DNA from: the human T2T-CHM13v2.0 reference genome, Homo sapiens
Direction: 5' to 3' (one strand)
Assembly: GCF_009914755.1 (NCBI RefSeq)
Contig: NC_060928.1
Length of the DNA stretch: 64,000 nucleotides
The notes under the pieces were generated by a model. That model did no database searches. It worked only from the letters and a program-made list of their open reading frames with translations, and was not told the DNA's origin. Shown piece after piece: positions 13,040 through 24,686 of the stretch. Made by a program: the position numbers and the translations under genes. The first letter of the stretch is position 1, and each line of letters opens with the position of its first letter.

Positions 13040-14800
13040 ATCTTTATAATTTTAAAATAATTTTAAATTCACAAGAAGTCACAAAGAAATGTACAGGGAG
13101 GTCCCATGAACTCATCACTTAGCTTTCTCTGATGTTAACATCCTGCACAACAAGCATACAATATCCAAACCAGAATACTGATACTGGTACAATCCACAGA
13201 GTTAATTCAAATATTACTAGTTTACATGAATTCATTTGCATGGTGTGTGTGTGTGTGTGCGTGTGTGTGTAGCTCTGTGCAATTTCATCACATGTGTAGT
13301 TTCATGTAACCACCACCACAATCATTTATCTGTACCATCCCACAAGGCTCCCTCATGATACCCACTTTCAGTCACACCTACTCTCCTCAATGCATGTCCC
13401 TAGCCTTTTTCAAACACTAATCTATTTCTGCCTCTATAATATTGCATATGCATTTTAAAGTGTCAAGTTTTCTTCATGGATGGACCTTTTTTTATCATTA
13501 TGTAATATTCCTTTCTGTAGCTACCTTCCTTCTTTTTTCTTTTTTTTTCTTTTGAGACAGAATCTCACTCTGTCACCCAGGTTGGAGTGCAGTGGTGCAA
13601 TCTCAGCTCACCTCCTGAGTTCAAGCGATTCTCCTACCTCAGCCTCTCAAGTAGCTAGCACTATAGGCCTGTGCCACCACATCTGGCTAGCTTTTGTATT
13701 CTTTTTATTTTAGTAGAGATGGGGTTTCACCATGTTGACTAGGCTGGTCTCGAACTCCTGACCTCAAGTGATCCACCCACCTTGGCCTCCAACCTGCCTT
13801 CTTTTAATTAATGTTTTTATGGTTTATATTCTTCATCCTTTTACTTTCTACTTACCTATATTGTATTTTCAGTGAGCTTCTTATACCCAGTATAGAGTTG
13901 GGTCATGGCTGTTAATCTCTGCCAATCTATTTTTTTAATTGTTGCGCTTAGATCACTTACGTTTAATGTAAAAATGTGTATGTTAAGGCTTAAGTTTGCC
14001 ATTTAATTATTTGTTTTCTACTTTTCTCTGTGGTTTCCATTCTCTGTTTAAATTTATCTGGCCGTGTGAGAGTTATTTGAACATCTTTTAGAATTCCATT
14101 TTGATTTATCTCTAGTGTCTTTCAGTGCATCTCTTTGTAAAAGTTCTTTTAGTTGTTGTTCTAAGCATACATCGTATATCTGTAACTTATCACAGTCTAA
14201 TAATGTTGATATTCTGCCAGACTGAGTGAAATGTGGACACTTGACTTCCCTTTCCACCCCTTGACTCTCATCTGTTTAAAATTGTCTTCAATATCTCTTC
14301 TACATACATTAAGAACCACAAAGATGCTGTTATTATTTTTGCTTCAACCATCAAACATAATTTAGAAAGCACAAGAGAAGGAAAATATATTGTATTTACT
14401 CACATATTTACGCTATCTATTCTTTTCCCTCCTGATGTTCCAAGATTCCTTATTTTATCATTTCCTTTTGTCTTAGAGAACTTCCTTTAGCCATTTTCTT
14501 AGGATAGTTCTGGTAAGACAAATTATCTTAGATTTTTTTTTTTAAAATCAGACAATGACTTGATATCCTCTTCCAACATCCAATTGGCATCAGTTAAACA
14601 TCACCTGATTGTTTTTTCTCATTCAGGTTGTGAATTTTCTAGGTTCTTGGTACAACGAGTGATTTTTCTATTATATCTTGGACATTTTGGTTACTATGTT
14701 AGGAGACTTCTGCTCCTATTTAAACCTTCTATTTTTGATTGTACTCACCATTTTTAGGTTTAGCATGTAGGCTGTGGCCTACTTCTGTGGGCTTTAATTC
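13040..14800 (-). mobile_element. Old L1M fragments (probably more than one element) with an Alu inserted
   Basis: L1MC/MD-like 3' end at ~13040-13445, followed by T-rich antisense L1-like sequence. Boundaries rough. Confidence 0.55.
13533..13792 (-). mobile_element. AluS-like, 5' truncated, with a short internal deletion
   Basis: Antisense Alu body; TSD-like accttccttctttt / acctgccttctttt. Confidence 0.9.
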
Positions 14801-16279
14801 CAATGACAGTTTAGTTTTGGAATTAAGTGACCAATGGCAGTCTAGTTTCGAATTGCTATCCCAGTTCTGCTGGGGCCCCTGCTTGATTTCTATTGGTGCT
14901 GCCTGCGGGGTCAGAAGAAATATCCTGGGTTATCTTCTGCCAGAGGGTAAGGGAGGGGCAGTGGAGAGCTATAAGAGCTGGGCCTAGGTCTCTTTATGAC
15001 ACTGAATGGAAGGCAGGGAGACACTGGGCTGGGACTATGGGAACTCTGAAGCGGCTATTTATGATAGATCTCAAACAGCTGGTCTCTTACATATGGAGAC
15101 GGTGTTGGGCTCCTCACCAGGTCTCTCCTGGGTTTGCCCACTCCTAGCACTATGTGAGATAGAAAGAAAACTCAGGGAACTCATTTTATACTCATAAGCT
15201 CCCTACTCAGTATTTCTTCTTCTCAGCTATTTGAGTCCTATTATCATTGTGTTCTGAATTACTTCCAGGGCATTCAGTCACAGAAGGATGGAGCACGGAA
15301 ACATGAGCTATGGCATCTTGTTCCAGAACTGAGCTTTCCAAGTGCATTTACTAATTTACGTATTTTAATCTTGGCAATTACTTTGAGGTAGATAATACAC
15401 AATCTTTTATTTTCCACATATGACAGTTTAGGAAAGAAAAATTAAAATTAATAAGATCCTTGCAATGTCACCAAGGAAGGCAATATATATAAGTGAATCA
15501 CATACAGAGCTGTACAAATGCGTGCCTATATATAGGCAAAAAAAAAAAGATAGTTATGACTGTGATCCTGAACAGACTTACAGCTATATTATCTACTTTA
15601 ATCACAAAATAAAGCAATTTGGAATGAATGAAAAAGCTTTTAAAAGTTACTGTAATTTATACACTTTTTTCAAATGTCATTATAAATCACATTTCATTTT
15701 TCATCATTTTTCACGGCATTGCTGGGGAATCTACTTAGCAACATTTTTCAGTTGTGTTATTTTATAATTACAATAAAGAAAACACAGCTTTATGAATTGA
15801 TTCTTCTTACAAAACAAGATATCCCTTGTTAACAAGACGCAAAGTAATTGTATTTACTAAAAAGTTAAAATTCTTTGTGTATATTTGGAGATTCTTCTTC
15901 ATATAATGGTTTTTCTTAAATTCTCAGACATTTTAGAATTTCCATGTTTTGGTGGGAAATATTCCTTTGGTTTTATGTAACTAAGGAGAGCGTATATCAA
16001 ATCTTGAAAGAGAAATGAAATAATCCTATTAACATGGAAAGAAAGGGATAAAAAGAGTTGGCTGAAGTCAGATTATATTCACTGCAGTGATTCTTGACTA
16101 AATGTATACATTTTTCGCATGCACTATCTTCAATTTAAAATAATCATAATGCAAATAGAAATGTTGATACTTTATTTTACAGTTTGTTTAATTCATTCGC
16201 ATACACTGTTTTCATTTCATTACCAAACATTTCCTTTGATTCACGAACTACTGAGCATTCCAGTGCTCTGGTCCATGGT

Positions 16280-16478
16280 TTCCTGGGTTTAGATTCTAGC
16301 TCTACCCTATCCTAGCTGGATGCCTTTAGCAGGTTACTTAACTTCAACCCTTCTGTCCCTCAACTTTCTCATCTCAAAAGTAGTACAGTTTTCAAGGAAA
16401 ATTAAATGAGAAAATAAAGGAAAACACTCAGGATAATGCCTGCACACAATAAATACTTAATAAATGTTACTTATTGTT
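16280..16478 (+). mobile_element. MIR
   Basis: cctgggtt...tctagctct...ttacttaacttc...attaaatgagaaaat...aataaatgtta. Confidence 0.75.
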
Positions 16479-16810
16479 ATCTCCATTTTATACATGAGGA
16501 CCATCTGGTTCAACCGATAAGCATAGCTCACATGCAAGAAATGGATATGCAGCATATCTTGTACTAATTTATTTTGTATTAAAATGAAATGGATTTAAAT
16601 TTTCTTTAAATGCTTTTGCAGAATTACACGTCAGAGCTGAAGAAATAGGGAGAGCTGATAGATAATACTGAGGAAGACCTTTACTGCTTGTCACAGAGCA
16701 GCCACTTTGGAGCTCAGAACTCTTATCTTTACAGCATCCCTTTGAATACTAACATAACCCCTTAGCAAACTATGACCTCGTACATTGATAATCACATCTT
16801 TGGACAAAGG

Positions 16811-17189
16811 CAGAGATCTACAAAATACAGGCAGCAGGCCAAATTGGACCCATTGCATGTTTTTGAATAGTTAGAAAGCTAAAAATGGCTTATAAAATAC
16901 GAAACTTTGCAATCCATTTGAAACACTTACTTTGAAACCTAATTAAATAAAATGTTATCCTTCTCCTCCAAATTCCATAGTTCTCATTAGTAGACATGTC
17001 TGACCCCAAAATTATAAACAATTGTTATGTTTTTAATTACTTCAGTAAGACACTTGTGGAAATGTGTTTTCTCTCTTTAATAGATTATGCGTGTACATAA
17101 TGGTCTTGATTTTTTTGACTATTGGCCTATGAAGCCTAAAGTGCTTACTTACTAGCTGGTTCTTGACAGAAGAAGTTTTCCACTTCTTG
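16811..17189. mobile_element. MER58-like hAT-Charlie element
   Basis: Ends resemble caggg..ggcaaactacggccc..ggccaaat and ..gcctaaa..tttact..ctgg..tttacagaaaaagtttgcc..cctg. Confidence 0.55.
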
Positions 17190-17964
17190 TACTAAGATAC
17201 TAATGAGACTCTTTGTATGAGAAAATGGCTTTTTGGCCATCAGGGAGGCATTTACTTTGAACTATATTTTTCCAATAGTGGTTATGAACTGCCTCTGTTA
17301 ATCAGAGTTGATTTTTATCTACAATATATAATATTTAGCTTTGGGATTTGAAAATATTTATTTTGAGTTTCTATTAGACTAGAGTACCTTTCTGTGTAAT
17401 TTTAGCTTGATACTATGACCTTATAGGACGAAGGTCAACCTTTTGCAATCTAGCAGAAGAAGCCTGCAGGAGGTGTGAGAGGTTCCTTTCCTTTCCTTCC
17501 AAGTAACCCAGAAAGATTTTTCTTTTCTTCTGTGAAAATCCAGGATGCACATTATTAGACTTCGTAGAGTCAAAAGATTAGGACATTCAAAATCATTTAC
17601 AACTGTATTTCCTTCTCCTCAATGGTTAAAGGAAATCGACAATTTAAAAATTTGAAACTCATAAAACTATTAAAATTTTTACCGTGTATTTTTGTTTGTG
17701 TGTTTTGATATTAATGTATTTTTAACCTGCATCGAGTATTAACTATCTTTTGCTTTACTTTTCCCACTATCATTTTTCTATTATCAGCATATTCTCTTTT
17801 GTTCTTGCTGGAGTATCTCACACATTTAATATTCAAATGTCACTTTAAACCACTGCACTCTTTCCTCCCCCAATACATCTTTGTCTTCATTTTATATAGA
17901 ACAAGTCTTTGCTTGGTGTACTCAAATCATAGAATTTGAAAGGTAGGGTATTACAATGTTTGTG

Positions 17965-18190
17965 AAACAGAGTTTGGGATTGAATTGGAATTCTAGTGCC
18001 TACTTTGCTGCTTGCTAGCTGCATGAACTGAATGAATTCCTGTAAACCTCAATTTTCTTCACTATAAATCAAGGATAAAAATAGTATCCAAGTCAGAGGA
18101 TTGCTGTGAAAATTAAAGAAGCTAAGATATATAAGGTGACCAGCCCAGTGTTTGGAACACAGACACTGCTTAATAAATATATTATTACTA
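17965..18190 (+). mobile_element. MIR
   Basis: ctagctgcatgaactg...cctcaattttcttcactataaa...ggattgctgtgaaaattaaa. Confidence 0.7.
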
Positions 18191-18968
18191 ATAACAGAAG
18201 GATGGATTTATGGTTTAACTGGTCTAATCCCAACAATGTATAAAGGAGGAAACTAAGGCGAGAGCTAAGCGGCATATCCAAAGCTACCCAAGCACTCCCA
18301 CTTATCAGCAGATCAAGGTTTAGAACTTCTCCCTTTAATTTCACTGCATAATCAACAAGCAGTTATTCTGGCAGCGGGAAACCAACTTTACCTCTTCAAA
18401 GATTAGTTTATATTATGTGACACACATAGCACAAAACTAATTATATCTATCGCCACTCTTTTGTTCATGGGATACTGTAGGTCTGAGCAGGGCTTGATTA
18501 TTGTAAGTGGATTTGTTCTTCTTGTAAAGTATCACCCTCAGCCCAGCCCTTCCCAGGACTCAATACAAGAAGTTATTGGATCATAGTAATAACTAAAGGA
18601 ATATGTTATCTATTCTCATAATACAAATATAATATTTTAGAAAATTTCAGATATTAAAAGTAATAATGAAATACCCTTTATTTAATAAGCACCTAGCTCT
18701 ATGCCAGGCCCTGTGCTGTTAGATTGAAAAATAATATCTTAATTTTCACAATAATCATGAGAAATAGGAATCAATGCATCCATACAAAAGTGGTATTAAA
18801 CTGGAAAAAATCCCTATAAATATAACAGATTTTTTTAAAGGGTTGAGGCATATTCGGGCAGGTTGCTGATGTAATAACTAGGAAGCCCTTTCCACTTCTG
18901 AAGGCCACTTCCTTGGAAAATAAAACTAAAGTCTTATTGCCTCTGCGGAGCTGTACATCAAAATATTT

Positions 18969-18987
18969 TGGTGCCCCCTAGAGGTAA
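18969..18987 (-). promoter_or_regulatory. Candidate CTCF site
   Basis: Minus strand TTACCTCTAGGGGGCACCA matches the core CC(A/T)(C/G)YAGR(G/T)GGCR. Confidence 0.6.
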
Positions 18988-19119
18988 TCAGTAATGTGCA
19001 ATTGTCAACCCCCAGGAATGAGAAGCTGAAGACAATTCAGCAGCTGTTATCTATTATTCTTTGCTGCTTCATTCTCCGTACCAATGTGTCACAGATACAA
19101 ACACAGAGCAGCTCTTGAG

Positions 19120-19308
19120 TAATGGATCTCAAATTTTAGTGAACATCAAAATCTCTTGGAGGGCTTGTGAGAACACAGCCTTCTGGCTTCTGTTCCCAGA
19201 TTTTCTGATTTTGTGGGTTTGAGTTAGGGCCTGAGAAGTTGTATCTCCAACTACAGTCCTGGCGATTACGATGCTGTTGGTCCAGGGACCACATGCTGAG
19301 AACCACTC
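19120..19308 (+). mobile_element. MER5A, near full length
   Basis: tggatctcaaatttt...tggagggcttgtgagaacacag...gatgctgttggtccagggaccaca..tgagaaccact; ~190 bp with TIRs. Confidence 0.88.
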
Positions 19309-22300
19309 ACCTAGAGAATCATCTCAAAGTCAAAGCTATGTCCAGAAGCAGGTCAGGTTTCAGTATCCTTGAAGTGCTGGTGCTGAGGACTCTAGCTCTT
19401 TACTGCTCCCTGTAGATGCCCTTAAGGAGTGTGTGCAGAGACATGACCATCTCCTGTATGAGGGTGATCATTCCTGAGGATCTATAGATTCCTTGATCCC
19501 CACGAGTTCCAGTGGATCTACAGATAAACAGTTGGGTGAAGAAGAATCAATTGAGAATTGAGGTCAGAGAACTTAGGTTCTGGTTCTAGCTCTGCCATTT
19601 AATAAGCTGCGACTTGCATGAAGACCAACATCTTCTACTGTAAGGAGTGAAATAGCAACCATCACTGTGGATGTAACTCTGTCAAATAGCTTGGAATTTA
19701 GTAGGCTTGAAACAAATTTTGGTTAAATCTTAATTTCCATTATATTAGGGTTCCATGTCTACGTTTCCAATACAAAGATATTGTGAGAAATATCAGATAA
19801 TTTAAATGAAAGAAATATCAAATAATTAAAATGGACACATTGCAACAATGGAAAATAGTAACATGAAGGCAGTTAAATTCAAAGAATTAAGTTTCATGAA
19901 TTTGATCAATGCAATTACTGTTACCTACCTCTGTTTAAAAAGACAGAGAACAATAATTTTTACTCTTCTTTATCTCTTTTTCGTAAATTCTCTTTTCTTC
20001 CTCCCTTTTCCCATATAACCCAACTTCACAACCTTTTTATTTCAAAAAAATGCAAAGTTTATTAGACATTTAATAACCTACACATTATTCTGATGCTTTT
20101 TATTTCTTTGCTGCATAGGTGATTGTCTACATTGTTTCCAAATTATTGTACGAACTGGATTTTTTTTTTTTTTTTTGCAAGATAACAGGAGACTCGGATA
20201 TTGGCTATAGTGGATTCCACTTCTGCTTAATCCAGGTCAGGATTTATGGAGACCTCATGTGGTGACAAGAGGCACCACAGAAGGCTTTCTTCAGGCTGGG
20301 TTTAACAGTGAAAGAGAAACTCAGAAATTCATATGGGAGCAAAATAATCCATAAAGAATTAAGACCTAGAAGTTAATGTTTCTGAAGCCTGCAAGGCCTT
20401 CAACAAACATCCTGCAGTAATACTAATGGAATAATACAGTAATATGTTAAAGGACAGGAGACCTGGTTGTTTATGTATGTATAAAATTCCCCTTATCAAC
20501 TAAAAAGTTAATAACGCAAAAAATAGTAAGATATGCCTCTCAAGAATTAATTACAGTCTTTCTTTTTTCTGAATGAAATCCACTGAACATAGCTTCTTAT
20601 TTAAATTGGCTTCAAATTTTAAAAAGATGTTTCTGTAGGCATGTTGCTATGTATGTTAGTTTCTCCTTGGTTTTACACAAAACAGAAAGTGATCAGAGAT
20701 AGAATCAAACTTGAACTTATGTCTGTGAATTTCACTTATGCAACAATATCAATAATATTATTTATAAATATTTGGAATGCAGGATATGTTCTTGGAATTA
20801 AAATATGGAACAACAATTCTATGTGGTGCACAAAGTTGAACACAAACACCTCTTGTTGCTGACAAGATATTAAAGTTGTGAAATTAAATAAATTAATGTA
20901 TCAGCAACCATATTTAACCACATAATTTACTGGTACACACTAAGGAAAATTCACTGAGGGTTGGGGGAGCTCCTTCCTCAATGACAGGTACTTGTTCTTT
21001 ATCTCATTTTCCTTACAAGAAAATGTGACAAGGGCTTCTTTTTTCTCCTCCTCAAGGAAGTTACATAACAGACCTTTAAGCTAAAATCTAGAAGGACAAA
21101 TGAGTTAATAAATGTCAAATGTTTTTGAAGGTTTTAAAAGAATAGAGCAATATAAATCTGTGGCATTAAAATGAGTAATCCTAAGAGTTCCAATTCAGTT
21201 ATCAGATGGTACCCTGCCTTTGGGCGTGTCCTCGAAAAGGCTTACGTTTTCCAAGGCAGGCAAAATGAGGTAAGTAGGGGTAGCCATTATGAAAGGACAT
21301 CTTAGAAAATGTTAACCAGGAAAAACGTTAATGAGAATATTGCAGAGATTTTAGGTTGAGCATACTCTTGAGTTAAAGAAATCGGTTACTTATGAGGAAA
21401 CCTATTATGTGGCAGGCATAGATGCTGGAAATACAAAGAGTTGGACAGGTCTTGCTTTCAAGGAAGCTTCTAATAATTATACAAATAACTACTACAATAT
21501 GAGGCTGGTATTAGGCGGGGGCTTGCACAAATTCCAGGGAAAGCTTCTTAACGTGGAAATGGGAGGAAGAACAACAATATGATGCATATTAAATCCAAGA
21601 GAAGGAGCAGAGTCATTTAGATGTCATTTCAAACTTACAGTGACATTGGCTCTTGCTGGGGGGGAAAGGGGGGCGAGAGAGGCAGCCGTTGCCAGACATA
21701 CGTCACACTAAAGAGACAAGATGAAACAAGGAAATTCTCTTTCAAAACATAGCGGGGAAAAAAATATCCAGAACTGCCCTGAAATAAAGAAAACCTTCTG
21801 GTATAATGTGCGTTGCTAGGGATTTATTTTTTCCCCTCCTTTCTCTCATAAGAGAGTAAAAAATCACACAGATACGTTCAAGCCCTTAAGAGTTTTGTGA
21901 GCCTATTGAATATCCAAGACATCAACTGACCACGGTGTGGTTCAGTGTGTGTCTACAAAGGAAGGGTTAAACGGAAGGGGGTGGCTTGGAGATAGAAAGG
22001 CAAGCAAGAAGGTTGGAAAATGCTGTTTTCCAACTTGCAAAAACTGAACTTTTCAGCTCCCCAAAATACACGTGTGTGTCTGTAAGCGCAGGCAGATCTA
22101 TTTCGGTAGGATTTTTCTTAAATTTAAATCATAATTTCTCTGTTTCTGTCTCTCTGTCTCTTGCTGCGCTGCAAAGAGTGAGCAGCCCCCTTAAGGATCG
22201 CGTGGCAAAAGCTGCAGGAGAGGCACTGGCAGGGCTGTTTATTTATGAGCCGCGTTCAAAGCCGACCTCTTCCCATTCTCCCACTGCAAACGACTATCTC

Positions 22301-22512
22301 CGAGCCCAGGTCACCTCTGGGGCCAAGGAGTTGGGGGCTGGGGCTCGGGTGGCTCCTTCTTCGGGCCAAGTTTGCCCGCGCGTGGGAGCGAGGGGGCGAG
22401 CCAGGGCGCACGGGAACGCGCGCCGCCAGCCGCCGCCTCCGCCCAGCGCTGGCAGCCCCGGCCTCACCTCTCCCCTCTCCCCAGCGAGGTGCGGGCTCCC
22501 AGAGCGGAGCCA

Positions 22513-22600
22513 GGGGGCGGGCCTGGGCCTCGAGGGGCGGGGTCAGGGGGCGGAGGCTCGGGCGGCTATATAAGGCCCGCGCCGGCTCAACTTCGGACTT
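22513..22600 (+). promoter_or_regulatory. SLIT2: SLIT2 core promoter: three GC boxes, TATA box, predicted TSS ~22597
   Basis: GGGGCGGG/GGGGCGGAG at ~22514, 22534 and 22547; TATATAAG at 22567-22574. TSS inferred from the usual ~30 nt TATA spacing. Confidence 0.8.
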
Positions 22601-22688
22601 GGTGTTATTTATTTGGGAAGCGCCCGGACGGCGGAGCTTGGCGGCGGCGGTGGTGGTGGCTGCCGCAGACTGTGGTTAAAAAAAAGAA

Positions 22689-22721
22689 GGCGGCGGCGGC
22701 GGCGGCGGCGGAGGCGGAGGC
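22689..22721 (+). repeat. (GGC)7-GGA-GGC-GGA-GGC trinucleotide repeat
   Basis: Read directly. A second short tract, (GGC)3(GGT)3GGC, lies at 22640-22660. Confidence 0.95.
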
Positions 22722-22732
22722 AGCTGCGAGGC

Positions 22733-22801
22733 ATGGGAGCGCCGAAGCGCCCAGGCGCAGGCCGAAGCTGCCGCGCTTTCTGGGCACGGCGGGAGTGCTG
22801 A
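22733..22801 (+). other. uORF1, 22 aa (MGAPKRPGAGRSCRAFWARREC)
   Basis: First AUG after the predicted TSS; strong context (G at -3, G at +4); TGA ends at 22801. Translation not demonstrated. Confidence 0.55.
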
Positions 22802-23785
22802 GCAGAAAGGGGAGCGCCGGGGGCCCGCAGCCGGCTCCGGAGGCGCGGGCCGGGTTTTTGTTTGGCTACGCTGAGCGCCAGTCAGCCCCAGCGAACAACT
22901 CCAGTTACGACAACAACCCACCTTCCTTCCAGACAAGCGAGACTTGGGCTGCTGCGTCCGTCCTATTGTTTAGACACTTGCCAGGGGCTCCGGAGTCGGC
23001 AGAGCCACCGAGTCCCCGCTCTGAGTCGTCGCCCTCCCTCTCCCCCACCTCGCTCCCTGGAGCGGGAGGCCAGGAAAGCAGCGGGAGAGGGGAAGGGGCT
23101 AGAAGGAGAAGGACTACCCGGGACTGCGGCCGCCGCGTCAGGTGCAGCGCCAGGAGCCGGGCGGCGTCGCCACGCCGGCAGGGGTACCGCCACTGTGGCC
23201 TTGGGGGACGGAATTCAAAGCCTGGGAAAAGTTGCTGCACTTTGAGAAGGACGAACCACTAGTGGGAGACCGCCGGGGGCCGGCCGTGGCTCTGCGCCCT
23301 CCGGAACCCGGCTCTTGTTTCTTCTACCTTTGCCATCAGGTGTCTGCCGCGGAGCTGCGGCTTATCCGGGAGACGAGCGGGGTTGACACGCGCGCACACA
23401 CTACTGCCATTCAGCTGCCGCCTGGCTCTGCCTGGAGTAGTGGATCCCACCCGCCCACCTGCCACCGAGCCATTCTCCAGTACGCCCCAGCAGGACGCTG
23501 ACACCTCCAACCTTGGCCTTTGCCTTTCCACTCCTTCCGGTCTGCCTGGTTTTTAAGTCCGCCCCCAGTCAGTCCCCACTCAGTCTTCGCAGCAGCTCTC
23601 ATCCTCCACTTGGCCTCTTGGAGTTCCTCGCCGGAGTGCTGACTAGTGGATATTTCTGCCCGGCTGCGGCGGCCCGACTGCCCTTTTGTCTTTTCTGCGT
23701 GACCTCGGGGCAGGTCCTGGTGCAGAGCGTCGCCAAGGACGCCGAGCGGGAGGCGGGATTGCCCAGACATCCTTCAGCGAAGTGC

Positions 23786-23881
23786 ATGTGTGTTTGTAAA
23801 CCATCGTTGGCTGTCGGGAGACCGCGAGGACCGGTCCAGGCTGCGGCGGAGTCGAGGGCGAGGGAGAGGCCGCGTGAGTGA
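23786..23881 (+). other. uORF2, 31 aa (MCVCKPSL...RPRE)
   Basis: Second AUG in the leader; weak context (tgcATGt). Confidence 0.35.
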
Positions 23882-23942
23882 GCAGAGTCCAGAGCCGTGC
23901 GCCCCCAGAACTGCGCGTCCGCCCCGTGCACCCCCGCGCGCC

Positions 23943-23999
23943 ATGCCCAGTTGCCCCGCGCGCTCTGCTACGGGCCCGCTGGGCTTCCGCGCCTTCTAG
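23943..23999 (+). other. uORF3, 18 aa (MPSCPARSATGPLGFRAF)
   Basis: Third AUG in the leader; context gcgccATGc; TAG ends at 23999. Confidence 0.5.
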
Positions 24000-24507
24000 C
24001 TTCCGGAGCCCACTTTGATCGGGGCCATAATACCTATTGAGATCCCCTCTTCTGTCTTGTACCTTCGCCACTGGCATCGGATTTGCAGAAGCGTGCGTGG
24101 GATCAGAGGACCGCCCTCCCCACAACAACCGGCCCCTGCATCTTAGCAGCCGTTGGAAGCCCCAGCTCTTTTACCGCCAAGTTCATCCTTGGGAGACAGA
24201 AGACGCGTGATCTCCTCTCCGCTGCTCTTGGGGTCTCCTTGCAGCCCTGGCCAGGCGGATTCATCCTCAGGACCTAAAGTTGCCCAAGGAGCTCCTGCTC
24301 TGCCAGAGGAGGGTGGAGAGGGCGGTGGGAGGCGTGTGCCTGAGTGGGCTCTACTGCCTTGTTCCATATTATTTTGTGCACATTTTCCCTGGCACTCTGG
24401 GTTGCTAGCCCCGCCGGGCACTGGGCCTCAGACACTGCGCGGTTCCCTCGGAGCAGCAAGCTAAAGAAAGCCCCCAGTGCCGGCGAGGAAGGAGGCGGCG
24501 GGGAAAG

Positions 24508-24686
24508 ATGCGCGGCGTTGGCTGGCAGATGCTGTCCCTGTCGCTGGGGTTAGTGCTGGCGATCCTGAACAAGGTGGCACCGCAGGCGTGCCCGGCGCAG
24601 TGCTCTTGCTCGGGCAGCACAGTGGACTGTCACGGGCTGGCGCTGCGCAGCGTGCCCAGGAATATCCCCCGCAACACCGAGAGACT
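24508..24686 (+). CDS. SLIT2: SLIT2 coding exon 1 (signal peptide + LRRNT cap)
   Basis: ATG at 24508 (aagATGc) reads [59 protein letters not shown](L). This is the SLIT2 N-terminus, with the CPxxCxCxxxxVxC cap. Donor CT|gtgagt at 24686/24687; 179 coding nt. Confidence 0.98.

Larger units (their letters stand above)
22597..24507 (+). other. SLIT2: Predicted ~1.9 kb 5' UTR of SLIT2 exon 1
   Basis: Interval between the TATA-predicted TSS and the ATG; no convincing splice sites noticed. Downstream alternative TSSs cannot be excluded. Confidence 0.65.
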
